Below are positions 52,920-64,000 of a stretch of 64,000 nucleotides of DNA, in pieces. The translations under genes and the position numbers were made by a program. How positions within the stretch are numbered: position 1 is the first letter of the stretch; each line of letters starts with the position of its first letter. This DNA comes from Heptranchias perlo. Its lineage: Eukaryota. The stretch spans positions 13,516,001 to 13,580,000 of the forward strand of contig NC_090359.1 in the NCBI RefSeq assembly GCF_035084215.1, given 5' to 3'. A model generated the notes under the pieces. It searched no databases and was not told the origin of the DNA. It saw only the letters and a program-made list of their open reading frames with translations.

Positions 52920-55740
52920 GATTTTTTTTCATTCTTTCATGGGATGTGGGCATCGTTGGCAAGGCCAGCCTGTATTGCTCATCCCTAATTGCCCTTGAGA
53001 AGGTGGTGGTGAGCCTCCTTCTTGAACCACTGCATTCTGTGTGGTGAAGGTACTCCCACAGTGCTGGTGGATGGGGAGTTCCAGGATTTTGACCCAGCGA
53101 CGATGAAGGAACAGCGATGTACTTCCAAGTCAGGATGGTGTGTGAATTGAAGGGGAATGTGCAGGTGGTGTTGTTCCCATGCACCTGCTATCCTTTTCCT
53201 TCTGGTGGTAGAGGTCGTGGTTTTGGGCGGTCCTTTCAAAGAAGCTTTGGCGAGTTGCTGCAGTGCATCCTGTAGATGGTACACACTGCAGCCACGGTGC
53301 GCCGGTGGTGGAGAGAGTTAATGTTTAAGGTGGATGAGGTGCCAATCAAGCGGGCTGTTTTGTCCTGGACGGTGTCGAGCTTCTTGAGTGTTCTTGGAGC
53401 TGCACTCATCCAGGCAAGTGGCGAGTATTCCATTACACTCCTGACATGTGCGTTGTAGATGGTGGAAAGGCTTTGGGGAGTCAGGAGGTGAGTCACTCGC
53501 CGCAGAATACCCTACTTCTGACCTGCTCCTATAGCCACAATATTAATGTGGCTTGACCATTTAAGTGTCTGGTGAATGGTGACGCCCAGGATGTTGATGG
53601 TGGGCGATTCGGCAACCGTAATGCCATTAAATGTCAAGGGAAGGTGGTTGGACTCTCTCTTCTTGGAGATGATCATTGCCTGGCACTTGTCTGGCGCGAA
53701 TGTTAGTTGGATGTTGTCCAGGTCTTGCTGCATGCGGGTACGGACTACTTCATTATTTGAGGGGTTGTGAATGAAACTGAACACTGTGCAATCAATGGTG
53801 AAAATCCCCACTTCTGACCTTATGATGGAGTGAAGGTCATTGATGAAGCAGCTGAAGATGGTTGGGCCTCGGACACTGCCCTGAGGAACTCCTGCAGCGA
53901 TGTCCCGGGGCTGAGATGATTGGCCTCCAACAACTACTATCATCTTCCTCTGTGCTAGCTATGACGCCAGCCACTGGAGAGTTTTGTCTCTGATTCATAT
54001 TTACTTCAATTTTATTCGGGCTCTTTGATGCCACACTCGGTCAAATGCTGCCTTGATGTCAAGGGCAATCACTCTCACCTCAACTCTGGCACTCAGCTCT
54101 TTTGTCCATGTTTGGACCAAGTCTATAATGAAGTCTGGAACCGAGTGGTCCTGGAGGAACCAAAAGTGAGCATCGGTGAGAAGGTTATTGGTGAGTAAAT
54201 GCCGCTTGATAACACTGTCGCCGACACCTTCCATCACTTTGCTGATGATTGAGAGTAGACTGATGTGGCGGTTATTGGATGAATTGGATTTGTCCTGCTT
54301 TTTGTGAACAGGACATACCTGGGCAATTTTCCACTTTGTTGGGTAGATCTCACTGTTGTAGCTGTACTGGAACAGCTTGGCTAGAGGCGCGGCTAGTTCT
54401 GGAACACAAGTCTTCAGCACTACAGCCAGGATTTTGTCGGGGCCCTTTGCCTTTGCTGTATCCAATGCACTCAGCCTTTCCTTGATATCAAGTGGAGTGA
54501 ATCGAATTGGCTGAAGACTGGCTTCTGTGATGGTAGGGATCTCAGGCGGAGGCCGAGAAGGAGCATCCACTTGGCACTTCAAGTTGAAGATGGTTGCAAA
54601 CACTTCATCCTTGTCTTTTGTACTTACATGCTGGGCTCTGCCAACATTGAGGATGGTTGTCCATCACCAATCAGGACTGGATGTGGCAGGACTGCAGAGC
54701 TTTGATTTGATCCGTTGTTTGTGGGATTGCTTAGCTCTGCTCTATAGCATGCCACTTCCGCTGTTTGGCTTGTATGTAGTCCTGTGTTGTATCTTCATCA
54801 GGTTGGCACCTCATTTTAGGTACGCCTGGTGCTGCTCCTGACACGCTCTTCTACACCCCTCATTGAACCAGGGTTGATCCATTGGCTTGTTGGTAATGGT
54901 AGAGTGAGGGATATTTCGGGCCATGAGGTTACAGATTGTGGCGGAATACAATTCAACTGCTGCTGATGGCCCACAGCACCATATGGATGCCCAGTTTGGA
55001 GCTGCATAGATCTGTTCTGAATCTATCCCATTGAGCACGGCCACCACACAATATGTTGGACAGTGTGAAGACGGGACTTTGACTTCACAAGGACTATGCG
55101 GTGATCACTCCTACCAATGCTGTCATGGACAGATGCATCAGCAACAGGTAGATTGGTGTGGAAGAAGTCAAATAGGTTTTTCCCTCGTGTTTGTTCTCTC
55201 ACCACCTGCCACAAGCCCAGTATGGCAGTTATGTCCTTCAGGACTCGGCCAGCAGTGGTGTTACCAAACCACTCTTGGCGATGGACAGGGAAGTTCCCCA
55301 CCCAGAGTACATCCTGTGCCCTTGCTACCCTCACTGCTTCCTCCAAGTGGTGATCAACAGGGAGGAGTAACAATTCATCAGCTGAGGGAGGGCGGTAAGT
55401 GGGAATCAGCAGGAGGTTTCCTTCCCTTTTTTGACCTGATACCATGAGATTTCATGAGGTCCGGAGTCAATGTTGAGGACTCTCACGGCCACTCCCTCCT
55501 GACTGTATACCACAGTGCCGCCACCTCTGGTGGGTCTGCCCGGCAGGTGGGACAGGACATACCCAGGAACAATGATGGAGGAGTCTCGGACTTTGGATGA
55601 AAGGTATGATTCTGTGAGTGTGGCGATGTCAGGCTATTGCTTGATCAGTCTGTGGGACAGCTCCCCCAATTTTGGCATCAGTCCCCAGATGTTCGTGAGG
55701 TGAACTTCGCAGGGTCGACTGTGTCTGGGTTGCCTTAGCA
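52920..55740 (-). mobile_element. CR1/L2-group LINE (decayed endonuclease plus RT), same family as 48672-49712
   Basis: TYRPPS, WVGNF, SDHR (EN); ALDIKAAFDRVWH, GVPQGSV.GP (RT); same 3' end. Confidence 0.88.
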
Positions 55741-56423
55741 TTATTCAGTGTCGTGTGGCCCACACTGTTTTATTCTTATTACGACTTTTATGTAACGGGA
55801 TTGTGCAACTGAGTGGCTTGTTAGGCCATTTCAGAGAACCGTTAAGAATCAACCACATTGCTATTGGTCTGAGGACGGCATGTTTCCTTCCCTCAGGCGG
55901 GCATCAGTGAACCAGAGGGATTTTTATGACAATCCAGTACATTCACAGTTACCATTTCTGATAGTAGCTTTTCAGTCCCGATTTTATTTAATGAACTGAT
56001 TTTAAATTCCCCAGCTCCTGTGGTGGAGATTTGAACTCATGACTCCCGATTATTAGTCCGGGCCGACTGGATTACTCGTCCAGTAACATCATCACTATGC
56101 GACCGTACCCTTTCCCTTGGGCTTAAGGGAGAGGAGATGAGAGCTGTACCAGGGTGGCCGAACAGTGAGAGAGAGAGTAATGGTTTTAATGGGGACAACT
56201 GCATCAAAAGTGGAGGTGAGAGTGTGATTGAGCAGATCGGTCGCTGCAGAAATGTCGTGGTGAATGGAGGGCCAAAGGCTGGACAGTTGGGACTTTGAAA
56301 TTGTGATTGTAAGTGACTTGGGGGGAGGGTTTTTTTGATGGGTGAACACAGGATGAAGTGGGTTTTGGAGGGGGAAGGGGGATGTGGGTACAGAGGGATA
56401 CAAGGAAGTGATCAGGGATGGCC

Positions 56424-56498
56424 TTCTCCGTGAGTATAGTGATGAGTATCTTCGCCTGTCACGTGGAAAGACAGGGGTTCAATTCCTCCGACGGGGCG
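56424..56498 (+). pseudogene. tRNA-Asp(GTC) pseudogene
   Basis: GAGTATAGTGATGAGTATCTTCGCCTGTCACGTGGAAAGACAGGGGTTCAATTCC with the shared 3' flank. Confidence 0.7.
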
Positions 56499-56924
56499 AT
56501 TAAACTTTCTGCCTTCAAAAGCTTCACTTTCATTTATCTGCAATATTGGATGCAGGAAATACAGAGCAAAACTGACTCGGAGTTTCTCACTTGCCACAAT
56601 TTAATTTCACTGATATTCCAACGGTTTTAAAATCTGCTCTCTGTCATTCTTCACCTCGATGTCAGAACCACAATAATGAGGAAGAAATGAAACGCACAAT
56701 CTCACCGTGAATAACATTAACAATAACTTGCATTTATATCGAGCCTTTAAGGTAGTGAAACGTCCCAAGGCGCTTCAAAGGAGCGATTTTCAAACAAAAT
56801 TTGACACCGAGCCACGTAAGGAGATATTAGGACAGGTGACCAAAAGCTCGGTCAAACAGGCAGGTTTTAAGGAGTGTCTTAAAGGAGGATGTGAAAGGTG
56901 CTATATGAATGCAAGTTCTTTGTT

Positions 56925-57195
56925 TCTCACAGGGGGCCGTGTCTTGTTCCTCATATCATTGAGATCTCAGTTAATTGGTCTGTTCTCTCCACAGATGGGG
57001 CCCGACTCGCTGAGTGTTTCCAGAATGTTGTGAGTGACTCGGGTTTTAGAGTAAATGATAAAAGGACTGTCGTCAAACACCAGGCCATGAGCTGCTGCCC
57101 AGCTGCTGAGTGACCTGTCGGGACATTGTTGCTTGCTTCCCTTCAGCTTGTGGTTCTGGATTTTTGGTGCACTGTCCCTTTAAGAGCTGTGGTCT
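56925..57195 (+). repeat. ~270-bp direct repeat of 41555-41808
   Basis: Shared TCTCAGTTAATTGGTCTG...GACCTGTCGGGACATTGTTGCTTGCTTCCC...GTGCACTGTCCCTTTAAGAGCTGTGGT. Confidence 0.75.
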
Positions 57196-58184
57196 GCCTG
57201 CAGCGGTCAGACAAGTCGCAAAGGCTCCCAGAACTATGCTTGGCTCTGTCTTTCACTGAGGTGCAGAGATCAGCCAGACTTTAATGTAAATTCCACCAGC
57301 TGGCAGAAAAGAGTGAGTAACAACTCGTTTGAACCTGGAGTGTGAGCTGCGGCCAATAATAAAGTGAAAAATTATCTTATAAGAACAGAAGTGGGTCATT
57401 CAGCCCCTCAATCCTGTGCCGCCATTCAGTCAGATCATGGCTGGTCTGTACCTCAACTCCAATTACCCGCCTTTGATCCATATCCCTTGATATCTTCATC
57501 AAACAAAAATCTATCAATCTCAGTCTCAAAAATTATTTTGAGTTAACTAACGTCAGCCAGAAAGAGAGGAAATCAGGAAGAAAATGGAGTTCCAGAGAAA
57601 GAGGGAATAAAAGAGGTAGATTAACAGAGAGAGAAATTTGGGAGTCAAGTAAAAGGAGTGTGTGTGAGGGAGAGAGGCCTGGACATTGAGAGAGACAGAA
57701 AGAGGGGGAATGAGTGAAACAAGGTGACAAGGACTGTGCTAAATTACATAGTAGGGTGACAGGGAATAGCAGGACCGGCCTGGGAATGGGAGTACAGAAG
57801 ATTCAAGTAGAAATGTTACATTGGTGAACTGGGTTTCGATATTTCATACACTGTGTGCTTGTTGTTTCAATCTTCATGTAATTTATTAAACTTAGAAATT
57901 GTGACTCTGTCATTGTACAATTCATTGTTCCAAAAGGTTACTCAGCTGGTCGATGTGTAATGTTCCATCACCTTAATGAGTGTGATAGTCAAAGGTCAGA
58001 TGGGACCAAAACTTATTTGTTCAGGAGTCTGTAAGTAATATGTGATGTCAGTCGGGATGCGATCCAATTGTCCCATTCGGGGTTTATTTACACTATAAGT
58101 ATCCCGCTGTTTTAACTTCATTACCTGACTATCGCAGTTCGCATACCTCTTTATAGCACCGAAAGACATCGTCTCCACAGAGAA

Positions 58185-60555
58185 ATGCATTTGTCTCTAT
58201 TCACTGAGGTAGAATTCGTTTATTATCCTGTTCTGGCAGCAATTGGAGTACCTGGTAAGTCATTATCAACACGTACGGTGTAAGTAACAGAATGTTTAAC
58301 GATATTGCTGTTTGTGCTCTGAGCCTGGTAAATGGAGAATGTTATTCTTCAGCGCTTTATGATACAGTTAAAACTTCCATCCTTGTCCCATTGGTCAATG
58401 CACCGAGGAACTCACCCTCACTCTGTGCTGAACTGTCGAGTCTGGGGTCTAAATGTGTCCTTGGTGCTCCCTGGCCAGGCAGGGGTAAAACAGGCAGGGC
58501 GCACAGTCCTGAGTGTAATCCACTGCCTCCTGGTGGAAAGCGCGCCTGTTGTGGAGATCGGGTGAGGAAGGACCGGGTGAGATTGTCGTGTTTCCCGAGG
58601 ACCGATCGCCTGGGGTTCCGGAGAGCAGATTGCGGCTGTGCATCCCGGCATGAGTCAGTGTCTTCAGGATAGAAGGACAGGGAACAAACGGAATACGCAT
58701 CAGATAAATAAAACATGTGACAGAAACTGTCCTCCTCACTCGAAGGTACAATCTTGTGTTCCCGTCAAATGTTCCTCTCAGATCATAATTATATTTCAGC
58801 AAAATGGCTTCACAGGACTTTTGATGTATTTGATATTTAAATTATTGTTTGGACTAGTTGAATGACGATGACTGTATACTTCAGTCCATGTGTGTTATTG
58901 TGGAGAGTGGGGAAACCAGTCTTGACACTGGTTCGGGAGGGGGATTAGCTGGAGACCATGAGTGAGAGTTGGCGGTGATTTGTTCTTATTCCGCGCGGCT
59001 CCTGGGATCGATCTCTTATTCCGAGGATCCGACTGTCCTTTGTTTTTCTCACGCCTTGTGCTGAGATATAAAGACTGGACCTGGTTATAACTGGAGCACG
59101 TTACAGAATTAAATTCCTTGACATATTGTGTCATGATTCATTCACAATACTCCACTGGAAACCTCATCTAATTAATTACTGAAAGATGACGGGCAGCAAC
59201 TCAATACCAGGCTCGTGTTTTCAATGTATTTTCTAAAATCAAAGTCTCTGGTATTGTGTGGGTCAAGGCATTAGGTTTTCCCCCCGTATTACGATTTAAG
59301 CCAAATCCAGAGTCACCTTGTCTGTATTTCCTGATTTAACTCGTCTTGTCGCCTTTCACTTTCATAGTTGGTGACGTCCTGCCCCGCGGACCTCCCAGTG
59401 TCGGAATCGACAAAATAAACTTAATCTCAAGGATCACAAGTGAGGACTCAGCTGTCGGGTGAGGGATCCCGGGGCCACCGTCACCCGAAAGGAACCTCCC
59501 AGAATGAGCTGCTCCTTCGGAACAGGAGGCAGAAGCCAAGGGGAAAAACCAATAAATAAACACAATCATAGCCCATGTACATCGGTTAAACTGAGAGCTC
59601 ATTGATCAGCCCGGTTAGTGATTTCACTGTTTCTGTCTCTCTCTTTCTCTCAGTGAACTTGCTGGCGATTGTGATCCTGTCCCGTGGAAAGTGCGGTCTC
59701 TCCAAATGTATCACTCGCTACCTGGTGGCCATGGCGACGGCGGATCTCCTGGTGATTGTCTGTAATGTGATCTTATATCGGATTGCTCATCTTTATTGGG
59801 GGGACACTTTCCTGCTCTACACTCGTGTTTGCAGATTCATTCTCTTCCTGGCTCCTGCTGCCACAGACAGTTCTGTTTGGTTAACGGTCGCTTTTACCTT
59901 TGATCGTTTTGTAGCCATTAGTTGTCAGAAGCTGAAAACAAAATATTGCACCGAGAAAACTTCACTTGTGATGATAGTGACTTTGAGCGCGCTGTTCGGT
60001 TTAAAGAATATTCCCCGGCCCTTCGTGTATGTTCATTACCCTACTGTTAACAATATACCGTGGGGTTGTCGTGTATCATCACAGTTTTATATTCTACCCA
60101 CATGGATTGCATTTTCTTGGATTGAACAGCTGTTAACCCCGTTGCTTCCATTCTGTTTGATTTTATTGTTTAATGCTCTCACCGTCAGACGCATTTTAGT
60201 GGCCAGTCGGGCCCGAAGGAGCCTCCGGGACCTCAGCAATGGTGAGAATGACAAGGACCCTGAGATGAAGAACCGCAGAAGGTCCATCGTTTTACTTTTT
60301 GCCATATCCGGCAGTTTTATCCTGCTCTGGATGGCAACGGTCGTATATTTTTTATATTATCGAATTTCAGGTGTCTTTAACCGCCGATCTTTGTTTAACC
60401 CTTTCGCAACCTTCGAACAAGCGGGAATTCTGCTTCAGCTTCTGAGTTCCTGCACGAACACGGCCATTTACACAGTGACCCAGAGTAAGTTCAGAGAGGA
60501 GCTGCTCAATGTGATTAAATATCCGTTTACTCTAATTGGTAAATTGGTCAAATGA
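58185..60555 (+). CDS. Class A orphan GPCR, GPR139/GPR142-like; exons 58185-58254 and 59654-60555; ~323 aa
   Basis: Exon 1 MHLSLFTEVEFVYYPVLAAIGVP|GT splices in phase 1 to VNLLAIVILSRGKCGLS; MATADLL, TFDRFVAI, PLLPF, CTNTAIY motifs; 7 hydrophobic segments; no stops. Confidence 0.9.
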
Positions 60556-61229
60556 GGAAAACGGCTGAAGTGAAGCGGGAACTAACTTCCCAACAGCACA
60601 GCTCAATTCAATATCACAATTATCACCTCAATTTACCAAAGGGACTCAGCATCAGGGCCAACGATATCTCCTTTAAACTAATTTCTAATCAAAAGTTAGA
60701 TCAAAGTTAAATTTAACAGCAGCCGACATAAAATGAACAAAACTTTCTCAAAACATGTTCCTGTATTCAGATCATTTTTTAAACACGTCCTCAGGGAGTC
60801 TGACCTGAAATGTAATTGTCCGGAGGAAGGGCTGTGAATTAGCGACTGGATATTAGTTTCCACCGGACCGGACTAATAATCGAGCCCCGCCTACAGCATC
60901 TGTGGGGTTAATTCCCTTTCATTTCCGTGCCCCCTGAAAGCATTCCTGTAACTCCGATTGTCTGTGATATTTGAACAGCTGTTAATCCTCAATAGTCTGG
61001 GAATTACTGGTGTTGATCATACTAAAGGAATGTTTCGCTTTCAAATAAAACTCCGGCGCTGTTTTACAACAGCCGTTAAGTCTTTTTAACAAAATAAACG
61101 GGTTAATGAGCAGTCAAAATATCGGATAGTGAAATTTCACAGGATTAGATTGAGTTTCTATCCGCCATTTCTTTAAATGGGAGGAGTGAGGCTGCCAGGT
61201 GGAAGGGTTTAACAGTAAGGATTGAAGAA

Positions 61230-61670
61230 TCATAGAATGATACAGCACAGAAGGTGGCCATTCGACCCATCGTGGCTTGTACTGACTCTTTGGAAGAGCA
61301 ATCCAAATCGTCCCACTGCCCCGATCTTTCCCCATATCGCTGCATTTTTTTCTTTTTCAAGTATACATCCGATTCCCTTTTGAAAGTTACTATTGAATGT
61401 GTTTCCACCGCCCTGTCAGGCAGTGCATTCCAGATCACAACAACTCACTCTGTAAAAAATATTTTCCTCATGTCGCTCCTGGTTCTTTTGCCAATTACCT
61501 TAAACCTGCGTCCTCTGGTTACCGACCCTTCTGCCACTGGAAACAGTTTCTCCTTCTTTATTCTATCAAAACCCTTCATAATTTAGAACACCTCAATCAA
61601 ATCTCCCCTTAACCTTCTCTGCGACAAGGAGAACAACCCCAGTTTCTCTCGTCTCTCCGTGTAATTGAAG
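61230..61670 (-). mobile_element. CR1 LINE 3' fragment
   Basis: IWNALPDRAVE..SIVTFKRE plus TTCTATGATTCT tail. Confidence 0.8.
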
Positions 61671-61877
61671 AGAGTTAGGCTGGGTTAGCTGGAGGCACTG
61701 CCCCAGATGGGAGAACCAATGAATGAGGGAGTGCACAGAACGTCAGTGTTGGAGGATCAAAGAGTGTGGGACATGGAGATGTCGGGTTTGGCAGAGCTCG
61801 GAGAGGGCAAACCGAGGAGGGACTGACAGGGAATGTATTGAGGGACAGGAAAACAATGGAGGTCAATGAGAACCGAG

Positions 61878-62448
61878 AAGTGGAGGAGTGGGAGGGTGGA
61901 GGTATGGAGACTGGCAGGGAGATGATTGAAGAGATGGAGGAGTGGGAGGGTGGAGGTATGGAGGAGTGGGAGGGTGGAGGTATGGAGACCGGCAGGGAGG
62001 TGATTGAAGAGGTGGAGGAGTGGGAGGGTGGAGGTATGGAGACCGGCAGGGAGGTGATTGAAGAGATGGAGGAGTGGGAGGGTGGAGGTATGGAGACCGG
62101 CAGGGAGGTGATTGAAGAGGTGGAGGAGTGGGAGGGTGGAGGTATGGAGACCGGCAGGGAGGTGATTGAAGAGGTGGAGGAGTGGGAGGGTGGAGGAATG
62201 GAGACCGGCAGGGAGGTGATTGAAGAGGTGGAGGAGTGGGAGGGTGGAGGTATGGAGACCGACAGGGAGGTGATTGAGGATATGGAGGAGTGGGAGGGTG
62301 GAGGAATGGAGACTGGCAGGGAGGTGATTGAAGAGGTGGAGGAGTGGGAGGGTGGAGGTATGGAGACCGGCAGGGAGGTGATTGAAGAGGTGGAGGAGTG
62401 GGAGGGTGGAGGAATGGAGACCGGCAGGGAGGTGATTGAAGAGGTGGA
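61878..62448. repeat. 54-bp purine-rich minisatellite, ~10 copies
   Basis: Unit GAGGAGTGGGAGGGTGGAGGTATGGAGACCGGCAGGGAGGTGATTGAAGAGGTG, with one partial internal duplication. Confidence 0.95.
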
Positions 62449-63619
62449 GTCCAGAGGTAATGAACAAATGGGGAATAAAAACTTTGGAGGGACTGCACCT
62501 CAGAGAGTCGGAGACAGGGATTTTTATGGAAGCGCAAGGAACTAACACTGGTGAAGAATAAAATTGCAGAGAGCAAGTGCAGCTCTCAATCGAATAGGTT
62601 ATTCACTCCTGGTTCCATGGGAGCCAGTTTACTAATAACCTGATACTACATCTGACCAACTGGAGCCACTGCACTATTTGCACAATTCCACATCCGACAC
62701 ATTGTAGTTGATACGCTGTAAATATACTTGTTTTGTGCAGAAATACCACAGACACATTGCACAGAAACCCCAGTGTTTGCCACAGCAACAGACATGGTGC
62801 TCCAGGTCCATTTCACTGATAGACTTGGCGCTCTGCTCGATGGCCAATCTATTAACAATGATAAGGCAATCCGTTCTTTCTGTGGTTCACACATGTTTCT
62901 TCTCAGGTTGATGTCTGATTCATAAAAATCCATCATGGTCCTTAAGAATGAGGACAGGATGCGACTGGGAAATCCATATTAGTCCCCCCCGATGGTCTGA
63001 TTTGTGAGCTCAATCTTTCCTTTCATGAGAACCATCCCACGTTCCGTATGTCCAGGGGCCTTGTCACCTCACAACGGAACCGCTCACTTTTTAACATGAA
63101 CTTTCTGAGTGGACTTCACTTGTTTTCATGGATTGGGTGGTTAGCGTTGTTCACAAATAGATTTTTTCAGTGTGAAAGTGGTCTGATTGTTACCCTATTA
63201 TTTTGTCAACATATCACCTTTCACCTTTGTTCGCTGTCTCTCTTCACCAATTCAATAAAACAAGGTTAAATATTTCTGTATTCGCAACTGCAAGATTGAA
63301 AATTCTCACGGAGCTCGGGAAGAACGATCTGTCGGAAAGATTCCATCTGAGCGCTAGAGTTAACCAAGTCCTGTCACTAAAATTTATGTAAAAGGCCTTT
63401 GTGATTTTGTTGCAATTAACGGAAAATGAAATATTTCCCCATAGAACTGAGAAACTTGCTCAATTTGGAATTGTTTAAAATTGATTGTCTGTCTGTTTGG
63501 TTTCACTTCTAAGACTGAATTATGCTGAAATAAAGTACAAAAGTTGCTTTTGGGTGTTCATTTGTATTTCTGTCTGCCAAGGGAGGAAGATTAACTCTGG
63601 CCACAATTCTTGGAAACGA

Positions 63620-63912
63620 AACAGATAATCTGTTTTAGTGATGATGCTTGAGGGATAAATTAGGCCAGGACATCGAGGAGAACTCCCATTCTCTCTTCCA
63701 ATAGTCTCATGAATCTTTTACGCCCATCAGAGAGGGCAGAAGGGGCCTTGGTTTCAGGTCTCATTCAAAAGGCCTCAGACAGGGCAGCACTCCCTCAGTA
63801 CTGCATTGAAATGTCAGCCTAGATTATGTGTTCAAGACCCTGGAGTGGGACTTGAACCCACAGCCATCTGACTCAGAGGTGAGAGTGCGACCATGGAGTA
63901 AAGGCTGACACT
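63620..63912 (-). mobile_element. SacSINE1-like SINE
   Basis: Head CTCTCACCTCTGAGTCAGA...GGGTTCAAGTCCCACTCCAG and Deu-like body. Confidence 0.7.
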
Positions 63913-64000
63913 TGAGAACTTGAGAAGGTGATGGTGGATCTTCTTCTTGATCCACTGCAGTCTGTATATTTTGTAGCAGTTTCGTACAACTGAGTGCTTA

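Noticed and set aside
59602-59653. ORF-track start of the GPCR
   Set aside because: Polypyrimidine tract and acceptor; the true start is in exon 1 at 58185.
61757-62576. Three long ORFs (237-263 aa)
   Set aside because: Artefacts of a stop-free 54-bp tandem repeat; no gene context. Not CRISPR either, since there are no unique spacers.
62603-63269. Short Cys-rich ORFs as a second GPCR or gene
   Set aside because: No TM pattern or family motif recognised.

Overview
This is vertebrate genomic DNA, most likely from a shark or other chondrichthyan. The assignment rests on SacSINE1-like Deu-SINEs, abundant CR1/L2 and Penelope elements, a shark-type satellite monomer and a GPR139-like receptor. 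The left part (about 3.5-40 kb) is a nested inverted-repeat cluster of probable oocyte genes. It holds two outward-facing 9-exon ZP3/ZPC copies (one open, one disrupted) around three 4-exon ferritin genes (two intact, one pseudogene, none with a canonical IRE), plus a third ZP3 promoter/exon-1 stub. One young GC-rich Tx1 (L1-clade) LINE family has inserted within about 250 bp of the TATA box of all six of these promoters, and no young copy is visible after 40.4 kb. Its 3' UTR hairpin carries its own TATAAAAG, which now sits where the ZP3 TATA used to be. The only intact ZP3 promoter (E-boxes + TATA) is fused in sense to the 5' end of a near full-length Tx1. The right part (41-57 kb) is a decaying tRNA gene field (Glu, Phe, His, Ser and several Asp repeat units) invaded by LINEs. 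It is followed by an intact 2-exon GPR139-like GPCR and a 54-bp minisatellite. All calls were made by eye; repeat boundaries are approximate.
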